Counted from the stretch's first letter, positions 48,861-58,506 are shown. The stretch is DNA of 64,000 bases from a virus (IMGVR_UViG_3300032007_000001), one strand, 5' to 3'. Translations and numbers: made by a program. Notes: generated from the letters alone by a model not told the origin.

Positions 48861-49075
48861 GAAATGTTCTCCTCCAAAACTTCGTTTATATCGTTTATAA
48901 TGTTATCCAATGGTCTTGAAATTTTAAGTTTTTTTGTAAGAACTTCATCCTTAAACCAATCACCATTTTTCGTATAACATTCATAATCAACTTCTTGCAA
49001 TACGTTGCGTAAATTAACTAATGTATCAAATTGACTATCGCTCAATTCATAATTATTTGCAATCAAACGTTTCAT
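48857..49075 (-). CDS. Small protein with MKRLIA leader, GDWF subfamily
   Basis: ECYTKNGDWFKDEVL. Confidence 0.6.
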   Translation of the reverse strand: MKRLIANNYELSDSQFDTLVNLRNVLQEVDYECYTKNGDWFKDEVLTKKLKISRPLDNIINDINEVLEENIS

Positions 49076-49086
49076 TATTATTCTCA

Positions 49087-49422
49087 TTATTCTATCCAAC
49101 AACGTATATGTAAATTGTTTGAACGTCGTTGAGCCATAGTATTCATTACATCTTCATTAAAAACAAAAATCTTAGCCATTGCTCTCCAATGGTCATATTC
49201 TTCTTTTATGATTTCATTCTTACAATCTTTTTTCAGATAAAAAGTATCTCCTTCTTGATATCCTGAACCCTCATGCACCTTGACTAAAGGACCATCATCC
49301 AATTTATAATATATTTCATCATTTATAGTTTTTGTTGGCATTCCAGATACTTTTTTATCCTTATGATTCCAAAATACTGTACATTTATTTGTAAGAGTAA
49401 ATGGTAAATGAGACAAAGACAT
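49087..49422 (-). CDS. Hypothetical protein
   Basis: 111 aa, AGGAGG RBS. Confidence 0.55.
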   Translation of the reverse strand: MSLSHLPFTLTNKCTVFWNHKDKKVSGMPTKTINDEIYYKLDDGPLVKVHEGSGYQEGDTFYLKKDCKNEIIKEEYDHWRAMAKIFVFNEDVMNTMAQRRSNNLHIRCWIE

Positions 49423-49480
49423 GCTTCTACCTCCTTATACGCTTTTCTAAAACAAAATAAGGAAATGGAAGCACGTTATC

Positions 49481-49840
49481 TTATAAATCGTCCAATAATG
49501 GAAAAATTCTTCTTATGTGTGGATGAAATTCATATTTTTCGTTTCTTGGCTGTCTCTGTACGTCATGTATTCTTTTTTTACTTTTTTCAGATAATATTGT
49601 TTTGTTCTTTTTGACATCTTCCACAATATCATTTAACAATGGGTCAATTAAATCATTATTTTCAGCATAAGCAATTACATTTACCATCTTGCAAAAAATA
49701 TCAGAAGACAAAATAATTTTCTTATTATCCAATACAATATCGGGCTTATTTTCCAATTCTTTCTTAAATTTTTCTTCTTGTTCTGTAGCAAATTCTTCAA
49801 TTGCTTTTTCAATTTTTACTTTCAAATCCTCTTTTGTCAC
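49481..49840 (-). CDS. Hypothetical protein
   Basis: 119 aa, GTG start after AGGAGG RBS. Confidence 0.55.
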   Translation of the reverse strand: MTKEDLKVKIEKAIEEFATEQEEKFKKELENKPDIVLDNKKIILSSDIFCKMVNVIAYAENNDLIDPLLNDIVEDVKKNKTILSEKSKKRIHDVQRQPRNEKYEFHPHIRRIFPLLDDL

Positions 49841-49929
49841 AAAATCTTCCTCCTTAAAAAATAGAAGAGAATTCTCATCCTCTTCTATTTTAATAAAAAT
49901 ATTGTTCTTTTTAAGTCATATCAAAATAA

Positions 49930-50157
49930 TCATATGTTACATGCTTTCAATTTTTCATATACACCATCACGTTTAAGATAATCAATAATAAAATTTATTG
50001 TTGTTTGTTCTCCTTCCTGAATTTGGTTTTCGTTGAGAAACATTGCATCACCATTAGCCAAACGTTTTTTCCACTTCTCAACTTCTTTTAATCTAAAAAC
50101 AAAATTATGAAGACGTGGTTCTTGAAGTTTTCTAAACATATTGTCACAACCTTTCAT
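49930..50157 (-). CDS. Hypothetical protein
   Basis: 75 aa downstream of pnkp. Confidence 0.45.
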   Translation of the reverse strand: MKGCDNMFRKLQEPRLHNFVFRLKEVEKWKKRLANGDAMFLNENQIQEGEQTTINFIIDYLKRDGVYEKLKACNI

Positions 50158-50162
50158 TTATT

Positions 50163-52757
50163 TCACAATCTCGGGTCAAATGATTCTGCTCGTTTTTCAT
50201 CCATAATGAATTTTGCAAACAAACGTTTCATTGCATTGTTTGATTCACTAATATCATTATAATGAATAGCAAGCATTTTCAATCCACAATGCCATTCTTT
50301 CCAAGACATATCCAATTTTTTCTTTATGGATTTGCGTTCGTATAATTTATTGCTCTTAAATGGATTTTGATAGTCATATCCATAAACAATTGATAAATAA
50401 TTTGGATTACGAACTTTCATATAAGGAACAACATGTTTTACATGTAAATCATTAGGTTTCATGACTATGCCTTCAAATTTCTTTTGTTCAGTATAATATT
50501 TGAATTTCTCAATGCAATCATTAATATCACTTTCTTTTGTCAAATCATATAAATTACATTGGTCTTCATTTAATATATTGAACATCTTTTCATTTGTCAT
50601 ATCAAAAGTCTTATCAAGATAATAACATACTTCTTTATCATCTTTCATGACAATTTTCAAAACAGCAAATGGTTTATAGTCTATTTCACCTTTTGACCCA
50701 TAAATATGAAGTTGTTCATTATATGAATCTGCTAATTCTTGTTTTTTATCTTCATCAATATGTCCATGATATTCATAAATGGTATTGAAAGAAGAATAAT
50801 TGGAATCTCCAATTTTTGCAATCAATTCTTTTTTAGACATAGAATTTTTATCTTCCAAAAAAGTAGACTCTTTCATTTTGTTTAGCAGTTCGTTATAATG
50901 TTTTTCAAAATTGGTTTCTTTTAAGAATTCATTCTCTTTTGAAACATTATCATAAACCAATTTGAAATCATTAATCAAACCTTGACCAAGAGCACTCCAG
51001 GGCATCAATTCTCCGTCTAATATAACTAACCTCACTTTATCAAAAAAGTCATTCTTGTACTGTTTGAGCCTATCTCGCATCTTTTCATAAATTGGTTCAA
51101 GATTTTCAATCTTAATCTTATAACCATTCCTTGAAACACAATAACAATCATCATTGTTTTCAAACAAGTACATATTACAACGAGAACCCATATATTTAGG
51201 CTGCATGCAGACTTTGAAAACATTGTGAGATTTGAAATACTCAATTGCAGATTCAATGCTTTCAAGCTTATCATTCATCTTATCACATGGAGACATTGTA
51301 CCAGAAATAAAATTGACTTTATCATTAAGCATATGATTAAGCCGTGCTTTTTCAGAATCTGTCATATCATCAATATTGACTTCTTCATTCACATCTTCTG
51401 ATTTTCTATAAGGCTTAATGACAAATAATTCGTCTTCTTTATTTTGATGTGAAGCAACTGATTTAATATACAGCTTTCTATCTCTTCCAACTTCTGCAGA
51501 AACGAGTCTCCCACCAATGACGCACGCTCCATCAATCAAAATCCTATTATTGATATGAATGCCAGGAGTAGAAGTTTGTACGTGACCAAAAATATGATAA
51601 ATATTTCCAATATCTCTATCAAACAAATTCATTTGTTCGTCAAATTCTTCCTGCAAAGATTCTCTCATATCTTGTTGCATGAAATATCTTTGACGAGCAC
51701 AAGACCTACTATCAATTTTTCCAAGATACATTGCATTACAAGGAGAATGCGTTGCAATGAATTTATCGTTCATTACAAAAGGCAATGTATTTTCAAATAC
51801 TTTTATAAACTTTTCTTTATACTCATCAGTAATGATATCAAATGTATTGAACCACGGTTCAGAAATATGTTCCAACCCCTGCGTCAATTCCTTGTATAAG
51901 CGATTTTCATGATTGCCAACCGTTATCTTAATTGAATCTGAATTTTGATAACAAAATTCAATCATATCAAAAATTTTTGGACCCTTATCAATATAATCAC
52001 CATTTACAATCAAAAGTTTATTATGCTTATTTTCTACGATTTTATGATTTTCTACTTTAATATCACTTTTGTCAAGCAATTCAACAAACTCATCATAACA
52101 ACCATGAACATCTGAAATAACCAATGCTTCTTGTTCATTATTAACAAAACACTCTTGCAATTTTTCATGCATAGAAAAAGACAATTCTGGAAAAGATTTC
52201 TCAAAATTGTTTTCTTTAATCTGAATGCATTGACGAACAACTTTATTTTTTTTCAAAGAAGACGCCGAAATTTCACGCATTTTTGTAACGTCTTTTTGCA
52301 TCAATCTTGAAAAAGGAACATGTAAATGATACTCTTCAAATTTTTTATAATTGAAAAGCAATGCCACTACATTATAATGATTTTTTTCAGCAATATCAAG
52401 AATTTCTTTTCTGAAATTTTCATTTGTTCCTTTTGTATCAACGATAATAAATTCTGAATTTACAGGGAAAGATGATGCTGCATCTACATGTTTATAAAGC
52501 ATTTCGAATGCCATTTTACTTACTGCCATCATACCATCATGATTACGGCCCAAATCGTTACCAAGCAAAACCCTACGAATATCGTCAGAAGAAATATAGT
52601 TAATTGAAACTTTTTCTCTATTTTTAATTGGAGAGAGTTGTTCCAATTTTGGAATCAAATGATTTTTACAAAAATAAGTCTTTCCACAACCAGAAGGACC
52701 AATCGTCAAAAATATAGTATGAGGAAGAATATCATATGTTACTCTCTCATTATTCAT
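50163..52757 (-). CDS. pnkp: Bacterial-type Pnkp (kinase, phosphatase and RNA ligase/adenylyltransferase)
   Basis: GPSGCGKT P-loop; SDVHGC, GDYIDKG, GNHE phosphoesterase; PKYMGSR ligase motif I, DGELMPWS, EGIVMKP, KVRNPNYL, DPRL end. Confidence 0.88.
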   Translation of the reverse strand: MNNERVTYDILPHTIFLTIGPSGCGKTYFCKNHLIPKLEQLSPIKNREKVSINYISSDDIRRVLLGNDLGRNHDGMMAVSKMAFEMLYKHVDAASSFPVNSEFIIVDTKGTNENFRKEILDIAEKNHYNVVALLFNYKKFEEYHLHVPFSRLMQKDVTKMREISASSLKKNKVVRQCIQIKENNFEKSFPELSFSMHEKLQECFVNNEQEALVISDVHGCYDEFVELLDKSDIKVENHKIVENKHNKLLIVNGDYIDKGPKIFDMIEFCYQNSDSIKITVGNHENRLYKELTQGLEHISEPWFNTFDIITDEYKEKFIKVFENTLPFVMNDKFIATHSPCNAMYLGKIDSRSCARQRYFMQQDMRESLQEEFDEQMNLFDRDIGNIYHIFGHVQTSTPGIHINNRILIDGACVIGGRLVSAEVGRDRKLYIKSVASHQNKEDELFVIKPYRKSEDVNEEVNIDDMTDSEKARLNHMLNDKVNFISGTMSPCDKMNDKLESIESAIEYFKSHNVFKVCMQPKYMGSRCNMYLFENNDDCYCVSRNGYKIKIENLEPIYEKMRDRLKQYKNDFFDKVRLVILDGELMPWSALGQGLINDFKLVYDNVSKENEFLKETNFEKHYNELLNKMKESTFLEDKNSMSKKELIAKIGDSNYSSFNTIYEYHGHIDEDKKQELADSYNEQLHIYGSKGEIDYKPFAVLKIVMKDDKEVCYYLDKTFDMTNEKMFNILNEDQCNLYDLTKESDINDCIEKFKYYTEQKKFEGIVMKPNDLHVKHVVPYMKVRNPNYLSIVYGYDYQNPFKSNKLYERKSIKKKLDMSWKEWHCGLKMLAIHYNDISESNNAMKRLFAKFIMDEKRAESFDPRL

Positions 52758-52759
52758 TT

Positions 52760-53233
52760 TTATTCTCCTTCCTGAATTTTATGCTTTTCTGCAAATGCGT
52801 CAATATATTCTTTCATTTTATTATCTATAAATATTGCGTCTTTAAAAAATTCTGTACAAATATTAACAACATTTTCAGCTTCAGCAATAAACAAATACAT
52901 AAGCGTATGCCATAAAACATCGTTTTGTTTTTGTGTTGATATTCCGTTTTGTTCTCCATACATACATATCATTGAATTTTCATCATGAGAATCAAATTTT
53001 GCAATAATATCTTTTGATTTAAAATCAACAACAATCTGTAGTTGTCCTGGAAAATCAACGACAATCATTAAATCATCAGCTAACTTAGAATCAGAAAAAG
53101 AAAATATTTTTTCTTTCATTATTTCTTTTGCTTCACTAGCAGCCATAAACAATTCTTCTGAATTATACGATTTTTGATTAAATTTATAAAAATCACTCGA
53201 ATGTTTCCCGCCATACGTAATTTCATACACCAT
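52760..53233 (-). CDS. Hypothetical protein between hen1 and pnkp
   Basis: 157 aa, overlaps the hen1 stop, 2 nt from the pnkp start. Confidence 0.55.
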   Translation of the reverse strand: MVYEITYGGKHSSDFYKFNQKSYNSEELFMAASEAKEIMKEKIFSFSDSKLADDLMIVVDFPGQLQIVVDFKSKDIIAKFDSHDENSMICMYGEQNGISTQKQNDVLWHTLMYLFIAEAENVVNICTEFFKDAIFIDNKMKEYIDAFAEKHKIQEGE

Positions 53234-54536
53234 TTTCTGTTCTCTCCTTTATAACAACCAAGAGAGTCGTTGAAATATCATCAACTTCGTCACCAATATT
53301 TTTCAATGAATATTCAAAATTTGTATCTTTCAAAAGATTTTCAAAATAACTTTCTGTTTCTTCTTTATTCATTTCAAATTTATGGTCAGGATGACGCATT
53401 TCATCATCTTTTAAGTGATAGAATTTATTAAAGTCTTTATTTGGCGTTGTAATAAGCAATTTCTTGCAATGTTTATCTTTGAAAAATGTTTTGAATAACC
53501 TATCCATGTATTCTTTTTCATTATGTTCAAAAACTTCAGAAAGAATAACAATATAATCTCTTGTTACACCATGCAAAAAGAAGTCCTCAACACTCTTAAG
53601 GACCACTACATTTTTCAAATTATCTCTTTTAATTCTTCGTTCAACCGATTGTCTTGCTTTTTCATCAATATCAATAGCATAATATGTATTCGGATTTTTT
53701 TCAGCCAAACGAGTATACATGCCTTCGCCACAACCGACATCCACTATTGCTTTATCATGCGTTATTTGACTTGCAATTGTAGAATATCTGCAAAATTGAT
53801 TTTCAAATGGCGAAATATTCAACTTGTGATTTTTGTCTTTATTTATTTCTTCTTTGATTTGATTAAATTCTTCATTCTTACGAATTCCTAAGAATTTTAT
53901 CATATATTTAATGTAATACGGTGCCGAAATAATATTTGCTGCTTTTACCATTTTTTTGACAATATCAATTGTTTTTTCCATTTCAACCGAATCAAATTTT
54001 GCAATAAACCACACAAATAAATAAGTAAAATTAAGCAATTGATGAAATGTTTTGTTTTTTACATTAATTGTAATTGAATAATTATTGTAATATTCTTCTT
54101 CATCAACTGGTTCATGTTTCAATTTATTAAATGTTACATAAAAATCATCAAAATACTCAAGCAAACTCATCACTTTATTAAAACGTTTTACTTCCATGGA
54201 ATTGATATATAAAGTATAATCGCCTGTGTGGTCATATTGTTTTACTTTACCAAGCGCACCAGAAAAAAATGTCTTTAAGATATTTGAAACGATTACTGGA
54301 GAATTATATCTTGTATAATCCAAATATTCAAATTCTTGAGACATTTTTTTAGCAAAACTGATTTCGTCCGCATCATCAAAAAACACTACGTTATATCTAT
54401 TTTCAGATGAATAATACCCAAAGGCATAACCTTTGCGAATTGCTTTCGCAGTCATGCCAGTTAATGGATTTTTTTCAACAATAAATGAAAAATCTTTTTC
54501 ATTTGAAATGATTGAAATTGCTCCCATATATTTCAC
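53223..54536 (-). CDS. hen1: Hen1 RNA 3'-terminal 2'-O-methyltransferase
   Basis: N-terminal ligase-activating-like domain (FSFIVEKNP); VDVGCGEG, SEVFEH, TTPNKDFN, RHPDHKFE. Confidence 0.85.
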   Translation of the reverse strand: MKYMGAISIISNEKDFSFIVEKNPLTGMTAKAIRKGYAFGYYSSENRYNVVFFDDADEISFAKKMSQEFEYLDYTRYNSPVIVSNILKTFFSGALGKVKQYDHTGDYTLYINSMEVKRFNKVMSLLEYFDDFYVTFNKLKHEPVDEEEYYNNYSITINVKNKTFHQLLNFTYLFVWFIAKFDSVEMEKTIDIVKKMVKAANIISAPYYIKYMIKFLGIRKNEEFNQIKEEINKDKNHKLNISPFENQFCRYSTIASQITHDKAIVDVGCGEGMYTRLAEKNPNTYYAIDIDEKARQSVERRIKRDNLKNVVVLKSVEDFFLHGVTRDYIVILSEVFEHNEKEYMDRLFKTFFKDKHCKKLLITTPNKDFNKFYHLKDDEMRHPDHKFEMNKEETESYFENLLKDTNFEYSLKNIGDEVDDISTTLLVVIKERTENGV

Positions 54537-55234
54537 TCACCCTTAAACTTGTTTCGAATTTTATCCCATTGTGCTTTATTTACGGCTGTATTACAATATG
54601 TTTTTCTTACCGATTCAATTGAAACGTCTTCCAACGGTTGCGATTTCTTTTTTTCTTTTTCATCTTTTTCGTGTCGTTGCAAAGAATTATTTACATTTTC
54701 ATCATACCATTTTGCAATAATCGTTTCATCACATGGCGGACAATTTTCTGGATGTCCATCATTTATACTTGGAATAATTTTTACATTCTCTTCCCAAAGG
54801 TTTTTAAGCAAATCTATAGCTTCTTGTCGTTCAAATCCAAAAGGCATTTGTATTTTCTTTATATTGTTTATATCTTCATTTGAATTAATGATTGGAGCAC
54901 CGCCAGATGTCAAAATAACTGCTGCGCCAGTTGTTGTACGAAGCAATCCCCATAAATTATCATTCATTTTACAACGTATGAATACGTAATTTGAATATGG
55001 AGATTTTTCTTTTCTTATTTTTGCTTTTCCGCCTTCTTTTTTTGATTTTACAAAAACATACTTAATCGGCACATAATATTCAGCTATAAGATTTTCAAAT
55101 TCGGTTCCCATTACAGCTTCTTTTACATTTCTTACGTATTGTTCTTCCATATTAAATGTTGTAACAATTGTATACCATTCATAATTATTTGCAAGGTTTT
55201 TCAAATTCATTAAAACTACTTTTTTCGCAGCCAA
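54533..55234 (-). CDS. NusG-family NGN-domain transcription factor without recognisable KOW
   Basis: WYTIVTTFNMEE, PYSNYVFIRC, WGLLRTTTG..ILTSGGAP. Confidence 0.75.
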   Translation of the reverse strand: MAAKKVVLMNLKNLANNYEWYTIVTTFNMEEQYVRNVKEAVMGTEFENLIAEYYVPIKYVFVKSKKEGGKAKIRKEKSPYSNYVFIRCKMNDNLWGLLRTTTGAAVILTSGGAPIINSNEDINNIKKIQMPFGFERQEAIDLLKNLWEENVKIIPSINDGHPENCPPCDETIIAKWYDENVNNSLQRHEKDEKEKKKSQPLEDVSIESVRKTYCNTAVNKAQWDKIRNKFKGE

Positions 55235-55235
55235 T

Positions 55236-55631
55236 TTACTTTACCTCTTTCTCTTCTTTTGTTTCTCCGATTAAGACCTGATAACGTTTGAAGAGCTGGT
55301 TTACACATGCGCGAGATACATTGTATTTTCTTGCTATTGATGCAATCGTATAACCTTTGTCAAGCATTGATTTAATCATATCATATGCCAATTTTTGCGA
55401 CAATGTTGGGATATTACGAGAATTCAAAATTTTAACGGCACCAACCTCTTCAATCGCTGCATCAATCGTACCAAAATATTGACTTAGTTTATTATACTCA
55501 GTCCGATGAAGATTCCTAAATGATGTAATGTTAATAACACCATCATTATCCATACATTCACGCAACATCTTAATTACCTTACTTCGTCCTTCTTCTAACC
55601 TTTTTGTCTTGAGTTCGGTTTTCATTTTCAT
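55236..55631 (-). CDS. Putative DNA-binding HTH protein
   Basis: YFGTIDAAIEEVG repeat-like motif plus TIASIARKYNVSRACVNQL HTH. Confidence 0.6.
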   Translation of the reverse strand: MKMKTELKTKRLEEGRSKVIKMLRECMDNDGVINITSFRNLHRTEYNKLSQYFGTIDAAIEEVGAVKILNSRNIPTLSQKLAYDMIKSMLDKGYTIASIARKYNVSRACVNQLFKRYQVLIGETKEEKEVK

Positions 55632-55658
55632 ATCTCCTTTTTATATATTTATTTTAGA

Positions 55659-55696
55659 TAGCATAAGCCGTGAGTTTTTGCTCACGGATTATGCTA
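55659..55696. other. Long stem-loop upstream of the HTH-nusG-hen1-pnkp cluster
   Basis: TAGCATAA(G)CCGTGAG-TTTTTG-CTCACGG(A)TTATGCTA; no U tract after it on the minus strand. Confidence 0.5.
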
Positions 55697-55713
55697 AACC
55701 TAACATATTTTTT

Positions 55714-57159
55714 TTACACCTTGATTTGGGTATGTCTACCAAACGGCGGGTCATTGCCCTTTGTAGTAAAAATCCAAAGAACAGGCGTACCTTTAGTAAT
55801 GCTTTCTGGCGGATACGGGCACTCGCCATCAGTCATAATAATAATGCCTTTTACATCATTGTACTTTTTGCGATTGGCATTAACATATTTGAATACTGCT
55901 TCAAACGATGTGCCACCGCCGCCAACAGGCATAATCTTAGAAATATCTCCATACACATCATCAAAATTGTATGTTTTCTTCTTCACATCATAATCAAAGA
56001 AGTGAAGAATACCATGCAAACGCTTTTTGAACTGATTGATAGCACCTTGGATTTCACTATAGCAAACAGTAATTTCCTCTGCAGACATCGAACCAGATGT
56101 ATCTACGAAAAAAAGCAAATCCTTTACAGATTCCTGTTTATCGTTAAAATCGGGAAGCATAATACCATCAAAATCATATCGACGGTCTGGAGGAGCAAAC
56201 GAATAATCGTTGATTTCCTCTTCAATAAAATCACGAAGCAACGCTTTCCAATTCTTTTGAGGCTTGGTAAGCTCGTTGATATGAAGTTTGAGAGAACCTG
56301 GGTCAATTCCGCGACGCTTCAAATCTTCAGCTGCCTGCATAAGATTTGAACCCCACTCCATCTGTTTTTCGTTCTTAGTGGATTGGTCGAGTTTGTCAGC
56401 CTTGTCCCACATCTTATGATTGGAAGGTGCTTTATAAGTTTTACCATTTACCTTATACGTACCGCTATCACCATTGCCATTACTGTTGCCGTTATTATTG
56501 TCCTGGTCATCGCCATTACCATTACCAGAACCATTCTGATTATTGCTCTTGTCATTTCCCGAACCATTACCATTCTTATTGTTCTTTTGATTGCTTTTTT
56601 GGTTACTGTTGGAACTTTGACCAGAACCGCCATTAATAAAAGATTTTCCTTGGCTGGAAGAATTTTGCTTCTTTGCATGTTTTTCCAAATATGCATATAC
56701 TTCTTCAGCAGACATATTGGCAAAAGTCTCGTCAAAAAGAACTTCTTTAGGCATTTCCACTTTTTCGTTTTCACGAATTTCGCGTTTATTTGCATTGCGT
56801 TGATATGCACTAATAACTTCGTGAATAGCATTATTCACAACAAAATCGCATGCCATATTCCAAAGTTCTGGTTGGCGATGATTACGACGCCACATATGAG
56901 CCAATGCGACATGAAGAATTTCATGAATAACAACAAAATTAAGCTGAGGAACTGTATGATTTTCCACAAACTTTTCGTGATAAATAATTTCCTCACCATC
57001 AGTAGCCATTGTCGGCATACCCATAGCTTCAAGTTCCTCATTACCAAGCCTTACGTTAAGATGAACAAGCAAACTAGAGAAAAAACCAAAATTCAAAATA
57101 ATATTGGTACGAGAAATGGACATTTTCTCTTTTGCACTAATCTTCTTAGCAGTTGCCAT
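55714..57159 (-). CDS. vWA-domain protein with N-terminal HExxH metallopeptidase-like domain (DUF2201-like)
   Basis: TMATDG, HEILH, WNMACD, N/G/S-rich linker, DTSGSM MIDAS, GGGGTSF, TDGE. Confidence 0.85.
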   Translation of the reverse strand: MATAKKISAKEKMSISRTNIILNFGFFSSLLVHLNVRLGNEELEAMGMPTMATDGEEIIYHEKFVENHTVPQLNFVVIHEILHVALAHMWRRNHRQPELWNMACDFVVNNAIHEVISAYQRNANKREIRENEKVEMPKEVLFDETFANMSAEEVYAYLEKHAKKQNSSSQGKSFINGGSGQSSNSNQKSNQKNNKNGNGSGNDKSNNQNGSGNGNGDDQDNNNGNSNGNGDSGTYKVNGKTYKAPSNHKMWDKADKLDQSTKNEKQMEWGSNLMQAAEDLKRRGIDPGSLKLHINELTKPQKNWKALLRDFIEEEINDYSFAPPDRRYDFDGIMLPDFNDKQESVKDLLFFVDTSGSMSAEEITVCYSEIQGAINQFKKRLHGILHFFDYDVKKKTYNFDDVYGDISKIMPVGGGGTSFEAVFKYVNANRKKYNDVKGIIIMTDGECPYPPESITKGTPVLWIFTTKGNDPPFGRHTQIKV

Positions 57160-57184
57160 GACACTACCTCCTTTATTTATCCAT

Positions 57185-57219
57185 ATTATACCATAATTAT
57201 GACTATTTGTAAATAGTTT
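57185..57219 (-). promoter_or_regulatory. Early promoter
   Basis: Minus strand AAACTA-TTTACA-N17-TATAAT. Confidence 0.7.
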
Positions 57220-57245
57220 TTTTCACTTTTCATACACATCTTATT

Positions 57246-57272
57246 AAAAAAGAGGGGCAATATTTGCCCCTC
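57246..57272 (-). terminator. Intrinsic terminator after the AAA gene
   Basis: Minus strand GAGGGGCAA-ATA-TTGCCCCTC followed by a T run. Confidence 0.7.
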
Positions 57273-57285
57273 AATTTTCTTTGAG

Positions 57286-58506
57286 TTAAATAATGTCTGC
57301 AACTGCCTTGGTGGCAGCTTCAAAAGTCTTAGCCATGCGAATGAAGTTTTTGAAGTCCGGAGTAACACCAGAGTAAATATCAGACATAACCCATGCCTTG
57401 AATTCAGTATTCGGCAAGGAAGAAATGTAAGTACCAACATTCTTTAGGTTATTCATAATCTGAATCTGTGTTGCCTTGGACTTAATATCCTTCACACTCT
57501 GGCTATACTCAGTGACACGAGATGCAATCATTGCACTAAGAGCATGGAGAATATCAAGGCGGTCAGCAAAGGACGGGTCTACTGTCTTTACCTTACCGCT
57601 GACAATATCAGCATAATTCGGCAGGTAGCGATACACCTTAAGATATGTACGGAACTTGAGAGCAATGCCCATGCCAACGCTACCAGCAACACACTTGAAA
57701 AGCGAATTGAGTTTTGCATGAGCAGGAGAATCGTTGACATGCTGCTTTTCGGCTGCATTGACATCTGTAAGCAACTGAGAAAGATTGAATGACTTGCAAT
57801 AACTATCAACCATCTCCCAAGACCGCGGCGTCGCAAAAGCAACGTCATCATTGTCTGAATTGAATTCATTGAGGTCGTCGGGCTGGCTATCAAGGTAACC
57901 AATGATGAGAGGCTCAATACCCTTCTTATATGCCCAAATCTTCCAATCCTCGATATTGCTGATAACTTCATAGTGCGTCATGCGGTTTGCCAAAGGCTTC
58001 GGCATGGTATAAGCCACTGCTTTATCCGTAACACGGTTACCAGCACAAACCACGAAGCAGTTATTGGGAAGCTGGAATTCACCAATACGTTTATCCAAAG
58101 CAATCTGATAAGCTGCAGCCTGGACAGACGGAGGAGCCGCAGAAATCTCATCCAAAAATAGGATATGGATTTTCTTATCGCTCGGGTCCATCTGAAAAAT
58201 CTCAGGCTGGAGCCAACGAGTAACTTCGTTGTCATTGTCATCCTTAGCCTTGGACGGAATACCACGCAAATCGATAGGATTCATCAAAAGCAAAGAAACA
58301 AGATGAACCTCAACCTTCTTACCAGTGGTTTCCTCAAGGACACCGGCCAACTGCTTAATGGCCTGAGACTTACCAACACCAGGCTGTCCCCACAGCATCT
58401 TGGTCGGCTGACGGGAAAAATCTCCCTTGTAAAGTTCGGTGAAAAGATTAATCATTTCACCTGGAGTAACCGTAAAATAGTTTTTGTTCTCTTCGCGCTT
58501 AGCCAT
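57286..58506 (-). CDS. MoxR-like AAA+ ATPase
   Basis: GQPGVGKS Walker A, FLDE Walker B, AGNR, LANRM, TPRSW. Confidence 0.88.
   Translation of the reverse strand: MAKREENKNYFTVTPGEMINLFTELYKGDFSRQPTKMLWGQPGVGKSQAIKQLAGVLEETTGKKVEVHLVSLLLMNPIDLRGIPSKAKDDNDNEVTRWLQPEIFQMDPSDKKIHILFLDEISAAPPSVQAAAYQIALDKRIGEFQLPNNCFVVCAGNRVTDKAVAYTMPKPLANRMTHYEVISNIEDWKIWAYKKGIEPLIIGYLDSQPDDLNEFNSDNDDVAFATPRSWEMVDSYCKSFNLSQLLTDVNAAEKQHVNDSPAHAKLNSLFKCVAGSVGMGIALKFRTYLKVYRYLPNYADIVSGKVKTVDPSFADRLDILHALSAMIASRVTEYSQSVKDIKSKATQIQIMNNLKNVGTYISSLPNTEFKAWVMSDIYSGVTPDFKNFIRMAKTFEAATKAVADII

Noticed and set aside
55528-57216. Long plus-strand ORFs (273 and 277 aa) opposite the vWA gene
   Set aside because: Antisense shadows of a well-supported gene; no RBS or recognisable motifs
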